64,000 bases of DNA from Usitatibacteraceae bacterium (GCA_044230355.1 JBGARD010000007.1:1126-65125), one strand, 5' to 3'. Numbered from the stretch's first letter, positions 39,866 through 49,706 are shown. Notes: a model not told the origin generated them from the sequence alone. Numbers and translations: made by a program.

Positions 39866-42568
39866 CTAGACGCCGGCGCGCTGCAGGGGCGCCTTGAGCG
39901 CCTCGGACAGGGTATTGAGGCTCTCGCCGAGGTGCGCCCTCGATTCCTTCGACATCCCGGGCTTGGCGAGCGCGGCGCGGATCTGCTGCTGCAGCGCGGT
40001 CGCGTTCTCGCGCTGCAGCGCGCGGGCATCGGCTGGCGTCGCGGGCGAGGGCTTGACGAGCGCGCCCGCGACCCGGCGCAGGTGATCGCGCTGGAGGTTG
40101 CGGCGCATGAGAGTGATCTCCTGCCCGGTCTTCAGCTCCGCCCAGATGGCGCCCTGCAGCGTGTCGTAGACCTCCGACAGGCGCATCGCCTTGGCCGGGT
40201 CGGCCACCTTCTCCTGCGAATCGAGGATCCGCGCGGCCACGTTGTCGGCCATGAGCTGGTCGAGCACCGCGCCCTGCACCTTGAGGACGGCGGCCGCGAT
40301 GGAGATGTCGGGATTGCGCGGCCGGTCGAAGTGGTCGATGCCGATGCGGCTCAGGAACGCCGGCTTGAACCGGAAGCTGTCCGCCTTGAAGAAGTCGTTG
40401 GTCATCATCGCGAGCGCCTCGCGCTGCTTCGCGGCGGGCGTGGGCTCGTAGATCGGGCGGCCCGTCCCGGCGCGGTCGCGCAGGTGGCGAACGCCGCCCA
40501 CGTACTTGGCCGCGAGCGGGGCCACGCGGTTGAGCTGGTTGAAGCCGGCGACGAAGCTGCGCGTGAACCGTTCGTAGCTCTCGCCCGGGGCGAGGTCCAT
40601 CGTCTGCAGGCGATCCCACAGCTCGCGCGAAAGCTTCAGGCGCTTGCGGTAGTAATCCAGGGGCTCGGCGCCCAGGTCGAAGCGGTTGACCTCCGGGTCG
40701 ATGCCCAGGGCGTACTCGCCGTAGCCCGCGTCCGCATCGTTGGCGAAGGCGAGCGCCGGCTCGGTGGAGCGCGAGGCGATCCGGGAGAGCTCCTCGGCCT
40801 CCTTCGCCGCGTCGACCTGCTTGTAGGCGTACTCGACGACCCAGTAGTCGTAGGGGCCGAGGGTGCTCATCACGTACTCGCCCTGGTTCTCGCCCTTGAG
40901 CGAGATGTTGAAGGGCGTGTAGTCCATGACGGAGCCGGTCAGGCCGTTCCTGCGGGTGAACTCCGGGTCCTGGATCTGCTTGAGGCTGTAGATGCCCGAA
41001 GAGCGGAAGTTGTGCTGGAAGCCGAGCGTGTGCCCGACCTCGTGCATGATCACGTCCTTCACGTAGGCCTGGGCCACCTTTTCGGCTTCGGGACCGGCCA
41101 TGTCGAGCCCGCGGGCCTCGAGCAGGTCCATGGCGAAGTGCAGCTCGCGGGCGGACTCGCCCATGTAGTTGCAGGCGAGGTAGCCGCGGCCGGCGCGGTG
41201 AGAATGCGGCTCCTGGTGCGTGGCGTCATGGGCCTCGCGGTCGAACAGGCGCGCGAAGTCCTCCGCGACCTGGCGGCGCGCGCCTCGCGCGAAGACGTCG
41301 GACATGCCGATGTCGGCGTCGAGGATCTCGCCGGATCGCGGATCGATGTGCGAGGGCCCGATGGCGAAGCCTACGTCGTCGCCGGTGAACCAGCGCACCG
41401 AGGCGTGGCGCGAGTCCATCGTGTCGAAGTCGTCCTGCTCGGTCTGCTGCTTCACCACGATCGCGTTCGCGAACCCCGCCTTCTCGAAGGCCTTGTTCCA
41501 CTCCATGATGCCGTCGGCGACGCTCTTGCGGTACTTCTCCGGGATGTTCTTGTCGAGCCACCACGTGATGGGCACCTTGGGCTCGGAAACGGCCGCGGCC
41601 GGGTCCTTCTTCTCCAGGCGCCAGCGGTTCACGAAGTACGAGCGTTGCTTGGGCGTGATGTCGTCGGTGTAGTCGACGCGCTCGACGACGAAGTGACCCA
41701 GGCGCTCGTCGGCCGGGCGCGCGGCCATCGGAACCTCAGGCAGCGGCATGAAGTTGTACTGGAAGCCGATGAAGAAGCTGCGCGGGTCCGGCGTGGTCTT
41801 CGGCGGCGGGGGCGCCGGCTTCGGGGGCGGCACGAGGGGGGGCGGGGAGATCTTGGGCACCGCGAAGTGCGCGTTGACCTGCAGGCTCGTGATGCCCTCG
41901 TTGTTGGTCACGCGGCTGAAGCTGGTGTTCTTCACGTCCAGGGCGAAAGGCATGCGGAACGCCTGCTCGATCCGGGTCCCGTAGCCCATCAGGTCGGCGA
42001 AGAGGAGCGCGTTGCCTTCGACCACGATCGCCTTCGTGTCCGGGTGCGGGGCGGCGGCGACGGGCGCGGAGGCGAGGAGGCTGTCGGAGAAGCTCTCCTC
42101 GACGAAGCGCGCCTGCGGCGTGCCTTCCTTCGCGAAAAAGCGGGTGTTCTTTGCGATGAGCTGCACCTGGTTGCCGATCTTCTTCCAGACGGCGACCTGG
42201 TTGTCGCCGCCGGGCGCAAGCCACGGGCCGGCCATCTGGCTGCCGTAGAGCCCGCGCTCGCCGATGGAGCGCGGGACGTTGGCCGAGAAGAAGAAGGGCT
42301 TGCCGAGCTGCTCCGGCTTGATCTCGATCCAGACCTTCTCGTCCTTCTGGTGCAGCGTGAAGTAGCCCGGGATGGCCTTGGCGTCCTTGAGCACGTCCTT
42401 GTAGGGCTTGGGCTGGCCGGGGGGTGTGGCGGGAGCACCTGGTGCGGCCGCAGGCGCGGCGCCGGCGGCCGGCGCGGCGCCGTTGGGCGCAGGGGCCTGG
42501 GCGTAGACGCCCATGGAGAGCGCGAGAGCGGCGAGGCCGGCGACGGACAGCGGGTAGGGCTTGTTCAT
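39866..42568 (-). CDS. secreted zinc-dependent metalloprotease (HExxH...H, DUF5117/DUF4953-like large family)
   Basis: 900 aa from MNKPYPLSVAGLAALALSMGVYAQA (signal peptide, with AGGAG upstream), then a Pro/Ala-rich linker. The catalytic motif is IMHEVGHTLGFQHNF. Confidence 0.85.
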   Translation of the reverse strand: MNKPYPLSVAGLAALALSMGVYAQAPAPNGAAPAAGAAPAAAPGAPATPPGQPKPYKDVLKDAKAIPGYFTLHQKDEKVWIEIKPEQLGKPFFFSANVPRSIGERGLYGSQMAGPWLAPGGDNQVAVWKKIGNQVQLIAKNTRFFAKEGTPQARFVEESFSDSLLASAPVAAAPHPDTKAIVVEGNALLFADLMGYGTRIEQAFRMPFALDVKNTSFSRVTNNEGITSLQVNAHFAVPKISPPPLVPPPKPAPPPPKTTPDPRSFFIGFQYNFMPLPEVPMAARPADERLGHFVVERVDYTDDITPKQRSYFVNRWRLEKKDPAAAVSEPKVPITWWLDKNIPEKYRKSVADGIMEWNKAFEKAGFANAIVVKQQTEQDDFDTMDSRHASVRWFTGDDVGFAIGPSHIDPRSGEILDADIGMSDVFARGARRQVAEDFARLFDREAHDATHQEPHSHRAGRGYLACNYMGESARELHFAMDLLEARGLDMAGPEAEKVAQAYVKDVIMHEVGHTLGFQHNFRSSGIYSLKQIQDPEFTRRNGLTGSVMDYTPFNISLKGENQGEYVMSTLGPYDYWVVEYAYKQVDAAKEAEELSRIASRSTEPALAFANDADAGYGEYALGIDPEVNRFDLGAEPLDYYRKRLKLSRELWDRLQTMDLAPGESYERFTRSFVAGFNQLNRVAPLAAKYVGGVRHLRDRAGTGRPIYEPTPAAKQREALAMMTNDFFKADSFRFKPAFLSRIGIDHFDRPRNPDISIAAAVLKVQGAVLDQLMADNVAARILDSQEKVADPAKAMRLSEVYDTLQGAIWAELKTGQEITLMRRNLQRDHLRRVAGALVKPSPATPADARALQRENATALQQQIRAALAKPGMSKESRAHLGESLNTLSEALKAPLQRAGV

Positions 42569-42654
42569 GAGGCTCCTAAAGGAAACAGGGTCCGCAAAGC
42601 GCCGCAAAATAACACGGCAGCGGGATGGTTGTGTCACGGTATGTCACGCAGGGC

Positions 42655-44001
42655 TCAGGCGACGGTCGATGCCACGACGGCGCCGCGAAGGCTGTGCGGC
42701 AGGGCGTTGGTGATGTGCACCTCGACGAAATGCCCGGCCAGCCGGGCGTCGCCGGGGAAATTCACGACGCGGTTGTTGTCCGTGCGCGCGGCGAGCTCCG
42801 CCGGATCCTTCTTCGAGGGCCCTAGGACCAGCACCCGCTGCCGCGTGCCGACCATGGCGCCGGAGTACTCCTCGGAGAGTTCCTGCAGGCGCTTCTGCAG
42901 CCTCTGCAGGCGCCCCAGCTTCACGGCTTGGGGCGTGTCGTCGGGGAGGTCCGCGGCGGGAGTGCCCGGCCGCGGGCTGTAGACGAAGCTGAAGGCGCCG
43001 TCGAAGCGCACGTCCTCCACGAGCTTCATCGTCTGCGCGAAGTCGGCCTCGGTCTCGCCGGGGAATCCCACGATGAAGTCGGTGGAGAGCGAGATGTCGG
43101 GCCGCGCGAGGCGAAGCCGCCGCACGATGGACTTGTACTCCATCGCCGTGTAGCCCCGCTTCATCGCGGCAAGGATCCGGTCCGAGCCCGATTGCACGGG
43201 CAGGTGCAGCTGCGAGACGAGCTTCGGGATCTTGGCGTAGGCGTCGATGAGGCGCTGCGTGAATTCCAGCGGATGCGACGTGGTATAGCGCAGGCGCTCG
43301 ATGCCCTCCACGCGGGCCGCGTGTGCGAGGAGGAGCGCGAAGTCGGCCGCCTCGCCGTCGGGCAACTCTCCCACGTAGGCGTTCACGTTCTGGCCCAGGA
43401 GCGTCACTTCCTTCACGCCCTTCGCGGCGAGATCGCGAATCTCCGCCATCACGTCCTCGAAGGGGCGCGAGACCTCCTCGCCTCGCGTGTAGGGCACGAC
43501 GCAGAAGCTGCAGTACTTGCTGCAGCCCTCCATGATGGAGACGAAGGCGCTCGCCCCCTCGACGCGCGCGGGCGGCAGGTGGTCGAACTTCTCGATCTCC
43601 GGGAAGGAGATGTCGACCTGGGCGCGCCCGGTTTCACGGCGGCCTGCAAGCAGCTCCGGGAGGCGATGCAGCGTCTGCGGGCCGAAGACCACGTCCACGA
43701 AGGGGGCACGGCGCACGATCGCCTCGCCCTCCTGGCTCGCCACGCAGCCGCCCACCCCGATCATCAGGCCGGGCCTGGCGCGCTTGAGGGGCTTGAGCCG
43801 ACCGAGGTCCGCGAACACCTTCTCCTGCGCCTTCTCGCGCACGGAACAGGTGTTGAAGAGGATGAGGTCGGCCTCCTCGACGTTGTCCGTCTTCTCGAAG
43901 CCTTCGGCAGCGGCGAGCACGTCGGCCATCTTGTCCGAGTCGTACTCGTTCATCTGGCACCCGAAGGTGCGAATGAAGACCTTCTTGGCGGTGTCGGCCA
44001 T
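42655..44001 (-). CDS. miaB: tRNA-i6A37 methylthiotransferase
   Basis: 448 aa with [14 protein letters not shown], the radical-SAM motif [15 protein letters not shown], and a TRAM domain. Confidence 0.95.
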   Translation of the reverse strand: MADTAKKVFIRTFGCQMNEYDSDKMADVLAAAEGFEKTDNVEEADLILFNTCSVREKAQEKVFADLGRLKPLKRARPGLMIGVGGCVASQEGEAIVRRAPFVDVVFGPQTLHRLPELLAGRRETGRAQVDISFPEIEKFDHLPPARVEGASAFVSIMEGCSKYCSFCVVPYTRGEEVSRPFEDVMAEIRDLAAKGVKEVTLLGQNVNAYVGELPDGEAADFALLLAHAARVEGIERLRYTTSHPLEFTQRLIDAYAKIPKLVSQLHLPVQSGSDRILAAMKRGYTAMEYKSIVRRLRLARPDISLSTDFIVGFPGETEADFAQTMKLVEDVRFDGAFSFVYSPRPGTPAADLPDDTPQAVKLGRLQRLQKRLQELSEEYSGAMVGTRQRVLVLGPSKKDPAELAARTDNNRVVNFPGDARLAGHFVEVHITNALPHSLRGAVVASTVA

Positions 44002-44075
44002 GCGGGGGGTCCTGGATCGCGGAGGTTGAATCCGGGCAGGCGGTAGCGGGGCCGAAATTATGCCAGATCGGAGGC

Positions 44076-44084
44076 TGCTAGAAT
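44076..44084 (+). promoter_or_regulatory. extended -10 box TGCTAGAAT upstream of the S8 peptidase gene
   Basis: tgctagaat at 44076-44084. It is flanked by a 12-bp inverted repeat gcggtagcgggg (44040-44051) / ccccgctaccgc (44102-44113). GGAGAG SD lies before the ATG at 44143. Confidence 0.45.
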
Positions 44085-44142
44085 CGCGCCCTCACAGCGC
44101 ACCCCGCTACCGCGAACGTGCCGCCCCTCCCGGAGAGCCTCC

Positions 44143-45975
44143 ATGCTGAAGAGAATCGCCGTCTTCCTGATCGCCGCCCTCGTCGCCGCCGGCGCCCTTG
44201 CCCAAGTCAAGAAGCGCATCGAGAAGGCCACGGACATGCCGACCTTCACCTACAGGATGGACGGCAAGCTCGAGGACCTCGTCCGCGACGAGAAGGCCTT
44301 CGGCCGCTTCGCCGCCCAGGTGCGGCGCGACAACCAGTCCGTGCTCGACGGCTACGAGATCGCCGACAAGGCGGCGCATCGCGACCTGCTGACGGTGCAA
44401 GCCCAGATCGACTTCCTGGAGGGCCGCTACGCCGATGCCGCCCGGCGGGCCGAGGAGATCCGGCTGCTCGAGGAAAAGCCCGCCGACAAGCTGATCTCGG
44501 GACTGGCGATCCGGACGATGGTCGCGGCGCAGGCCAAGGTCGGCAACACGACCTCCGACGCCTACCGCCAGGAGGTCGGGAAGCTCGTCGCGGCGGAACT
44601 CGCGAAGCACCCGTATGCGGTGATCGCCAATGACATCAAGAGCTTCAAGTCCGGTGCCGAGATCATCGGCGAGGCGCTGCTCATGGGCGGCGTCCGCGAC
44701 CGCCTGCAGCCGGTCGTGGACAAGGCGGGCGGCGTGCTCAGCTCCGATTTCGCCCCGGCGATCGTGCGCACGCGCTTCGCGCTCGTGGCGCGGCTCCCCC
44801 TCAAGCAGACCCTGGTCGATACCTATGGGGCCTACCTGGCCGCCAACAAGGTGGAGAAAGCGGACATCTGGGCCGCCCGCGACGTCGAGCTGCCAAAGGG
44901 CGGCAAGTACGCGCCGGTGAGGATCGCCGTGTGGGACAGCGGCGTCGACGCGCCGATCTTCCGCGACAGCCTCGTCACGGACGGCGCCGGCAAGCCGCTC
45001 TTCATCGCCTTCGACGTGCACGAGAACCCGTCGAAGAGCGAGCTGGTGCCGATCCCCGCCGAGCTGCGCGGCCGCCTGCCGACGATGAAGTCGCGCATGA
45101 AGGGCCTTTCCGACCTGCAGTCGAACCTCGACAGCCCCGAGGCGAGCGAGGTGAAGGCGGCGCTCTCGCAGCTCAAGCGCGACGAGTACAAGGCCGTGGT
45201 CGAGGAGCTGAGCCTCGCCGGCAACTACAGCCACGGCACGCACGTGGCCGGCATCGCGATGGCGGGCAACCCCTACGCGCGCCTCGTGAACGCGCGCCTG
45301 GAGTTCGGCTACAAGCTGCTGCCGGATCCCTGCCCCAGCCTGGAGCTGGCGCAGAAGAACGCGAAGAACATGAAGGCGTACGTCGACTTCTTCCGCAAGA
45401 ACGGCGTGCAGGTGGTCAACATGAGCTGGGGCGGAACGGCCAAGAGCGTCGAGGCCGAGCTGGAGCTGTGCAACATCGGGAAGACGCCGGCCGAGAGGAA
45501 GAAGATCGCCCGCGAGTACTTCGACATCCAGAAGAAGGCGCTGCAGTCCGCCATCGGCAGCGCGCCGCAGGTCCTCTTCGTCGCGGCGGCCGGCAATTCG
45601 AATGCCGACGCGGCCTTCGAGGAGGCGATCCCCGCGGACATCGTGCTCCCCAACCTGCTCACGGTGGGCGCGGTCGACAAGGCGGGCGACGAGGCGCCGT
45701 TCACGAGCTACGGGCCGACGGTGAAGGCGCACGCGAACGGCTACCAGGTCGAAAGCTACCTGCCCGGTGGCGATCGCGTGGCCTTTTCCGGCACCTCGAT
45801 GGCCTCGCCCCAGGTCACGGGCCTCGCGGCGAAGATGCTGGCCGTCAATCCGAAGCTCAAGCCGACGGAGGTCATCGCGATCATCCTGAAGACGGTGGAC
45901 AAGACGGCCGACGGACGGCGGTTCCTGGTCCATCCGGCCAAGGCGCTCGAAGCGGCGAAGGCGGGCGGGAAGTAG
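44143..45975 (+). CDS. secreted S8 family (subtilisin-like) serine peptidase with a helical N-terminal domain of about 230 aa
   Basis: 610 aa with signal peptide MLKRIAVFLIAALVAAGALAQ. The catalytic residues are in VWDSGVD, SHGTHVAG, AAAGNSN and SGTSMASPQVTG. Confidence 0.88.
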   Translation: MLKRIAVFLIAALVAAGALAQVKKRIEKATDMPTFTYRMDGKLEDLVRDEKAFGRFAAQVRRDNQSVLDGYEIADKAAHRDLLTVQAQIDFLEGRYADAARRAEEIRLLEEKPADKLISGLAIRTMVAAQAKVGNTTSDAYRQEVGKLVAAELAKHPYAVIANDIKSFKSGAEIIGEALLMGGVRDRLQPVVDKAGGVLSSDFAPAIVRTRFALVARLPLKQTLVDTYGAYLAANKVEKADIWAARDVELPKGGKYAPVRIAVWDSGVDAPIFRDSLVTDGAGKPLFIAFDVHENPSKSELVPIPAELRGRLPTMKSRMKGLSDLQSNLDSPEASEVKAALSQLKRDEYKAVVEELSLAGNYSHGTHVAGIAMAGNPYARLVNARLEFGYKLLPDPCPSLELAQKNAKNMKAYVDFFRKNGVQVVNMSWGGTAKSVEAELELCNIGKTPAERKKIAREYFDIQKKALQSAIGSAPQVLFVAAAGNSNADAAFEEAIPADIVLPNLLTVGAVDKAGDEAPFTSYGPTVKAHANGYQVESYLPGGDRVAFSGTSMASPQVTGLAAKMLAVNPKLKPTEVIAIILKTVDKTADGRRFLVHPAKALEAAKAGGK

Positions 45976-46000
45976 CCGCCGAGGCGATGGCGCCACACCC

Positions 46001-46978
46001 ATGGAGGGCAGTGCCTTGAAGGCGATCCAGGTCCTGCGCCGCGTTTGCGTCGCCGCGCTCGTCGGTGTGGCGGCGGCCTCGCTGGTCGCCGGCTGCGCCA
46101 CGAGCCGCCACCGCGATTGGCGCGAGGCGGTGAAGGCGGGCGACTACCGGGCCGCCTATCTCGACCTCTTCGAGACGTGGCGCATGGGGACTGGCGACGT
46201 GAAGGCCGAGGCCCTTCGGTACGCCTGGCGCGACCCGGCCATCGTCGCGGTCGCCCGCAAGGACCTGGTCGCGGGCATCCAGCCCATCGCCGAAGCACAC
46301 ACGGGGGATCTCGCGTCCCTCACGAAGTCGGTCAAGGACGGCCCTTTCGAGGACCGCGTCGAATTCGCGAAGCTGGTCGACCGCAACATCGACGTCGATG
46401 GCGAGATCAAGGCGGCCTACGGGAAGCGCTCACCGAGGACCGCCGCGGCGCCAGCGGTTCCAGTGCCGGCTCCCACCCCTGCTGCGCCTGCGCCGAAGGC
46501 CGATGCGCCCGTGCGGGTAGCGCCGCCTGCGCCGCCACCCGTGGCGAAGGCGCAGCCTACCGAGGCCGTGGCTCCGCCGGCGGCCAAGTCGCCTCCGGTT
46601 GCAGCGCCGGCCCCTGCGGGGGATGCCGCCCATGCGAGCCTCTTGGCCCAGGTGGCCGAGGAGAAGAAGCGGTCCGTGTGGCGGTGCAAGGGAGCTGCGG
46701 CATGCGACAAGGCGTGGCTCGCCGCCGAGGGCTTCGTCACGAGCAATTCGGACATGCGCGTGAGAGCGGTGACGGCCACCTTGATCGACACCTACCCGCC
46801 GATCGTGATCGGGGAGATCGGGATGAAAGTGGAGAGGCGCGCGCAAACCACCGGCGAAGGCGAGATCGAACTCGCAGTCATCTGCCGGACCGGGAAGCTG
46901 CGGCAGTTGTGTCCCACCGCCGAGTTGCGGCTCTACAAGGGCTTTTCGGCCCACCTGAAGGCCTCGGCCGCTCCTTGA
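46001..46978 (+). CDS. hypothetical lipoprotein with a Pro/Ala-rich linker and a Cys-containing C-terminal domain
   Basis: Lipobox LVAGC. An alternative TTG start at 46016 has a better GGAGG SD 8 nt upstream. C-terminal domain has CKGAAAC and ICRTGKLRQLC. I recognise no family. Confidence 0.6.
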   Translation: MEGSALKAIQVLRRVCVAALVGVAAASLVAGCATSRHRDWREAVKAGDYRAAYLDLFETWRMGTGDVKAEALRYAWRDPAIVAVARKDLVAGIQPIAEAHTGDLASLTKSVKDGPFEDRVEFAKLVDRNIDVDGEIKAAYGKRSPRTAAAPAVPVPAPTPAAPAPKADAPVRVAPPAPPPVAKAQPTEAVAPPAAKSPPVAAPAPAGDAAHASLLAQVAEEKKRSVWRCKGAAACDKAWLAAEGFVTSNSDMRVRAVTATLIDTYPPIVIGEIGMKVERRAQTTGEGEIELAVICRTGKLRQLCPTAELRLYKGFSAHLKASAAP

Positions 46979-46983
46979 AGCGA

Positions 46984-47009
46984 AAAGGCCAGCCCGAGGG
47001 CTGGCCTTT
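46984..47009. terminator. hairpin between the convergent lipoprotein gene and tRNA-Met (bidirectional terminator candidate)
   Basis: aaaggccagcc-cgag-ggctggccttt forms an 11-bp stem. Confidence 0.6.
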
Positions 47010-47018
47010 CGCTGGATC

Positions 47019-47094
47019 TGGTGGCGAGTCAGGGATTTGAACCCCGGACCAACGGATTATGATTCCGCTGCTCTAACCACTGAGCTAACTCGCC
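47019..47094 (-). tRNA. tRNA-Met (anticodon CAT; elongator Met or possibly Ile2, not initiator-like)
   Basis: Sense strand is GGCGAGTTAGCTCAGTGGTTAGAGCAGCGGAATCATAATCCGTTGGTCCGGGGTTCAAATCCCTGACTCGCCACCA. The cloverleaf folds by hand. G1-C72 is paired and CCA is encoded. Confidence 0.9.
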
Positions 47095-47106
47095 GGAAAG
47101 CCGTGT

Positions 47107-47135
47107 ATTTTCGGGTATTTGCGTGATCGGGTCAA
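47107..47135 (-). promoter_or_regulatory. sigma70-type promoter for tRNA-Met
   Basis: Minus strand reads TTGACC (47130-47135), a 17-nt spacer, then GAAAAT (47107-47112), 12 nt before the tRNA 5' end. Confidence 0.5.
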
Positions 47136-47145
47136 GGAACGGGCG

Positions 47146-48237
47146 TCAGACGTTGAAGCGGAAGTGCATGACGTCGCCATCCTTCACGACGTACTCCTTG
47201 CCCTCCAGCCGCATCTTCCCCGCCAGCTTCGCCCCCTGCTCGCCCTTGCAGGCGATGAAGTCGTCGTAGGCGATGACCTCGGCGCGGATGAAGCCCTTCT
47301 CGAAGTCGGTGTGGATGACGCCGGCCGCCTGCGGAGCGGTGTCGCCCTTGTGGATGGTCCAGGCGCGCACTTCCTTCTCGCCGGCCGTGAAGTAGGTCTG
47401 CAGTCCCAGCAGGTCGAAGGTCGCGCGGATGAGGCGGTCGAGCCCCGGCTCGTGCATGCCCATGTCCTCCAGGAACATCTCCTTCTCCTCGCCCGAGAGG
47501 TCGGCGATCTCGCTCTCGATCTTGGCGCAGATGGCCACCACCGGCGCGCCCTCCTTCGCCGCGTAGGCCTTCACCTTCTCGAGGAGCGGGTTGTCCACGA
47601 ACCCGTGCTCCTCCACGTTGGCGATGTACAGCGCGGGCTTGGCGGTGAGGAGGAACAGGGGCTTCAGGAGCTCCATCTCCTCCGGCGCGAGTCCCAGCGC
47701 ACGCACCGGGTGCAGGCCGTCCAGCGCCTTCTGCACCTTCTCCAGCACGGCGACCAGCTTCGCGGCCTCCTTGTCGCCGGAGCGCGATTTCTGGATGTGC
47801 CGCTCGCGCGCCTTGTCGACGGTCGCCATGTCGGCCAGCGCCAGTTCCGTGTGGATCACCTCGATGTCCGAGATGGGATCGACCCGGCCGGCCACGTGCA
47901 CCACGTTGTCGTCCTCGAAGCAGCGCACGACGTTCGCGATGGCATTGGTCTCGCGGATGTTGGCGAGGAACTGGTTGCCCAGGCCCTCGCCCTTCGAGGC
48001 CCCGGCCACGAGGCCGGCGATGTCGACGAACTCCACGATCGCGGGCAGCACCTTGAGGGGCTTCGCGATGGCGGCGATCGCCGCGAGCCGCGGGTCCGGC
48101 ACCTCCACCACGCCCACGTTGGGCTCGATGGTGCAGAAGGGGTAGTTCTCGGCCGCGATGCCGGCCTTGGTGAGGGCGTTGAAGAGGGTGGACTTGCCCA
48201 CGTTGGGAAGTCCCACGATGCCGCATTGCAGGGTCAT
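47146..48237 (-). CDS. ychF: redox-regulated ATPase YchF (Obg-like)
   Basis: 363 aa from [23 protein letters not shown]. The C-terminal TGS-like end is ...[12 protein letters not shown]. Confidence 0.95.
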   Translation of the reverse strand: MTLQCGIVGLPNVGKSTLFNALTKAGIAAENYPFCTIEPNVGVVEVPDPRLAAIAAIAKPLKVLPAIVEFVDIAGLVAGASKGEGLGNQFLANIRETNAIANVVRCFEDDNVVHVAGRVDPISDIEVIHTELALADMATVDKARERHIQKSRSGDKEAAKLVAVLEKVQKALDGLHPVRALGLAPEEMELLKPLFLLTAKPALYIANVEEHGFVDNPLLEKVKAYAAKEGAPVVAICAKIESEIADLSGEEKEMFLEDMGMHEPGLDRLIRATFDLLGLQTYFTAGEKEVRAWTIHKGDTAPQAAGVIHTDFEKGFIRAEVIAYDDFIACKGEQGAKLAGKMRLEGKEYVVKDGDVMHFRFNV

Positions 48238-48872
48238 TGCTTGTCCTTCTTGGGAGCGGGTTTCCCCGTCTCGACGGGAATTTCGATCTCGGTCTTCGGA
48301 ATCGTGTGCAGCCACGTCGTGGCGTCATTCATGCGCCCGGTGGCGATGCGGGCGAGGAGCCCCAGGCTGCGGTCGAAGGCGGGCTCGATGGCTTCGCGCT
48401 CCTCGCGCCGGGCCTCGTGCAGGACGTAGTCGGCCACGATGTCCTTGTTGCCGGGGTGCCCGATGCCGATGCGAAGCCGCCAGAAGTCTCGCGTGCCCAG
48501 CACCTCGTCGATGTCGCGCAGCCCGTTGTGGCCTCCGGTGCCGCCGCCGAACTTGAGCTTCACGGCGCCGGGGGGCAGGTCGAGCTCGTCATGGACGACT
48601 AGCATCTGCGCGGGCTCGATGCGGTGGAAACGCAGGAAAGCGCCCACGCAGCGGCCGCTTTCGTTCATGTAGGTCGCCGGCTTGAGCAGCCAGAAGTCGC
48701 GGCCGCCCTCCTCCACGCGCGCCACCCATCCCGAGAACTTCGACTCCTTCGCCCAGCGCCCGCCGCGCTCGCCCGCGATGGCGTCCGCCCACCAGAAGCC
48801 GGCGTTGTGGCGCGTGCGCTCGTACTCCTTTCCGGGGTTGCCGAGGCCGACGATGAGGCGGATGGGTTCCAT
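48234..48872 (-). CDS. pth: peptidyl-tRNA hydrolase
   Basis: 212 aa with [18 protein letters not shown] and GHNGLRDI. Confidence 0.95.
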   Translation of the reverse strand: MEPIRLIVGLGNPGKEYERTRHNAGFWWADAIAGERGGRWAKESKFSGWVARVEEGGRDFWLLKPATYMNESGRCVGAFLRFHRIEPAQMLVVHDELDLPPGAVKLKFGGGTGGHNGLRDIDEVLGTRDFWRLRIGIGHPGNKDIVADYVLHEARREEREAIEPAFDRSLGLLARIATGRMNDATTWLHTIPKTEIEIPVETGKPAPKKDKQ

Positions 48873-48914
48873 GGGGGATGGGGTCGGGAAGGTCGCCGCG
48901 CGCGCCTGGGGCCC

Positions 48915-48947
48915 AAAACGAACGCGCCCGCCGGGAACGGCGGGCGC
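48915..48947 (-). terminator. hairpin downstream of rplY (terminator or attenuator candidate)
   Basis: Minus strand reads gcgcccgccg-ttcc-cggcgggcgc followed by gttcgttttggg. Confidence 0.5.
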
Positions 48948-48983
48948 ATCCGTGAGGCTCGTTCGAGGCGCCCCGGGCGAAGG

Positions 48984-49706
48984 TTACTTCTTCTTCTCTT
49001 CCTTGCCGCCCTTGCCGGCTTCCTTGGCGGGCTCGTCTTCCTTGGCCTTCTGGGCCGTGGTCGGGATTTCGGCCGCCGAAGGCGCAGCCGCTGCGGCAGC
49101 CGCTTCCGCCGCCTCGTCCTCGGCCGACATGGCGCGCGTCATGACGATCGTGGCCACGGTGATGTCGTCGCCCTTGTTGAGCTTCGTGGACTCGACGCCG
49201 GCGGGGAGCTTCATGCCGGACACGTGGATCGAGTGGCCCGCCTGCAGGTCCTTCAGGTCCACCTCGATGAACTCGGGCAGGTCCTTCGGCAGGCAGGTGA
49301 TGTCGAGGTCGTTCACGATGTGCTGCACCGCGCCGCCGGCGACCTTCACGCCCGGGGCGATGTCGCCGTTCTTGAAGTGCAGCGGCACCTTCATGTGGAT
49401 CTTGCGGTCGGCGGCGACGCGCTGGAAGTCCGCGTGCAGGATCAACTGCTTGAAGGGGTGCATCTGGTAGTCGCGCAGCAGCACCTGCATCTTGTCGGCC
49501 CCGAGCTCCATGTCGAGGATGGAGGCGTGGAACGCTTCCATCTTCAGCTTGAAGAAGAGGTCCTTGTGGTCGAGCTGGATGGGCTGCGCGTCCTTGCCGG
49601 CGCCGTACAGGATGCCGGGCACCTTGGACTCGCGACGCAGACGGCGGCTCGCACCCGTTCCCTGCAGGCTTCGCGGTTCGGCTTTGATTTCGATCTTCAT
49701 GTTCAC
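48984..49706 (-). CDS. rplY: 50S ribosomal protein L25 / general stress protein Ctc
   Basis: 240 aa with [10 protein letters not shown] and a Lys/Glu/Ala-rich C-terminal tail. Confidence 0.92.
   Translation of the reverse strand: MNMKIEIKAEPRSLQGTGASRRLRRESKVPGILYGAGKDAQPIQLDHKDLFFKLKMEAFHASILDMELGADKMQVLLRDYQMHPFKQLILHADFQRVAADRKIHMKVPLHFKNGDIAPGVKVAGGAVQHIVNDLDITCLPKDLPEFIEVDLKDLQAGHSIHVSGMKLPAGVESTKLNKGDDITVATIVMTRAMSAEDEAAEAAAAAAAPSAAEIPTTAQKAKEDEPAKEAGKGGKEEKKK

Noticed and set aside
42569-42637. The upstream start (MTQPSRCRVILRRFADPVSFRSL) for the Zn-metalloprotease.
   Set aside because: The ATG at 42568 is preceded by AGGAG and starts a canonical signal peptide. The extension has no such features.
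44020-44040. A tRNA T-arm-like string, ggaggttgaatccggg, near miaB, considered as a possible att-site remnant marking an island integrated at tRNA-Met.
   Set aside because: It does not fold as a T-arm. It is in the opposite orientation to the tRNA-Met 3' end and matches only loosely. No integrase or direct repeat of the tRNA 3' end was found.
46440-46620. Repetitive Pro/Ala-coding DNA in the lipoprotein gene, and a similar stretch near 42430-42520 in the metalloprotease, considered as a possible tandem repeat or CRISPR-like array.
   Set aside because: This is low-complexity codon repetition inside ORFs. It has no regular repeat-spacer periodicity.
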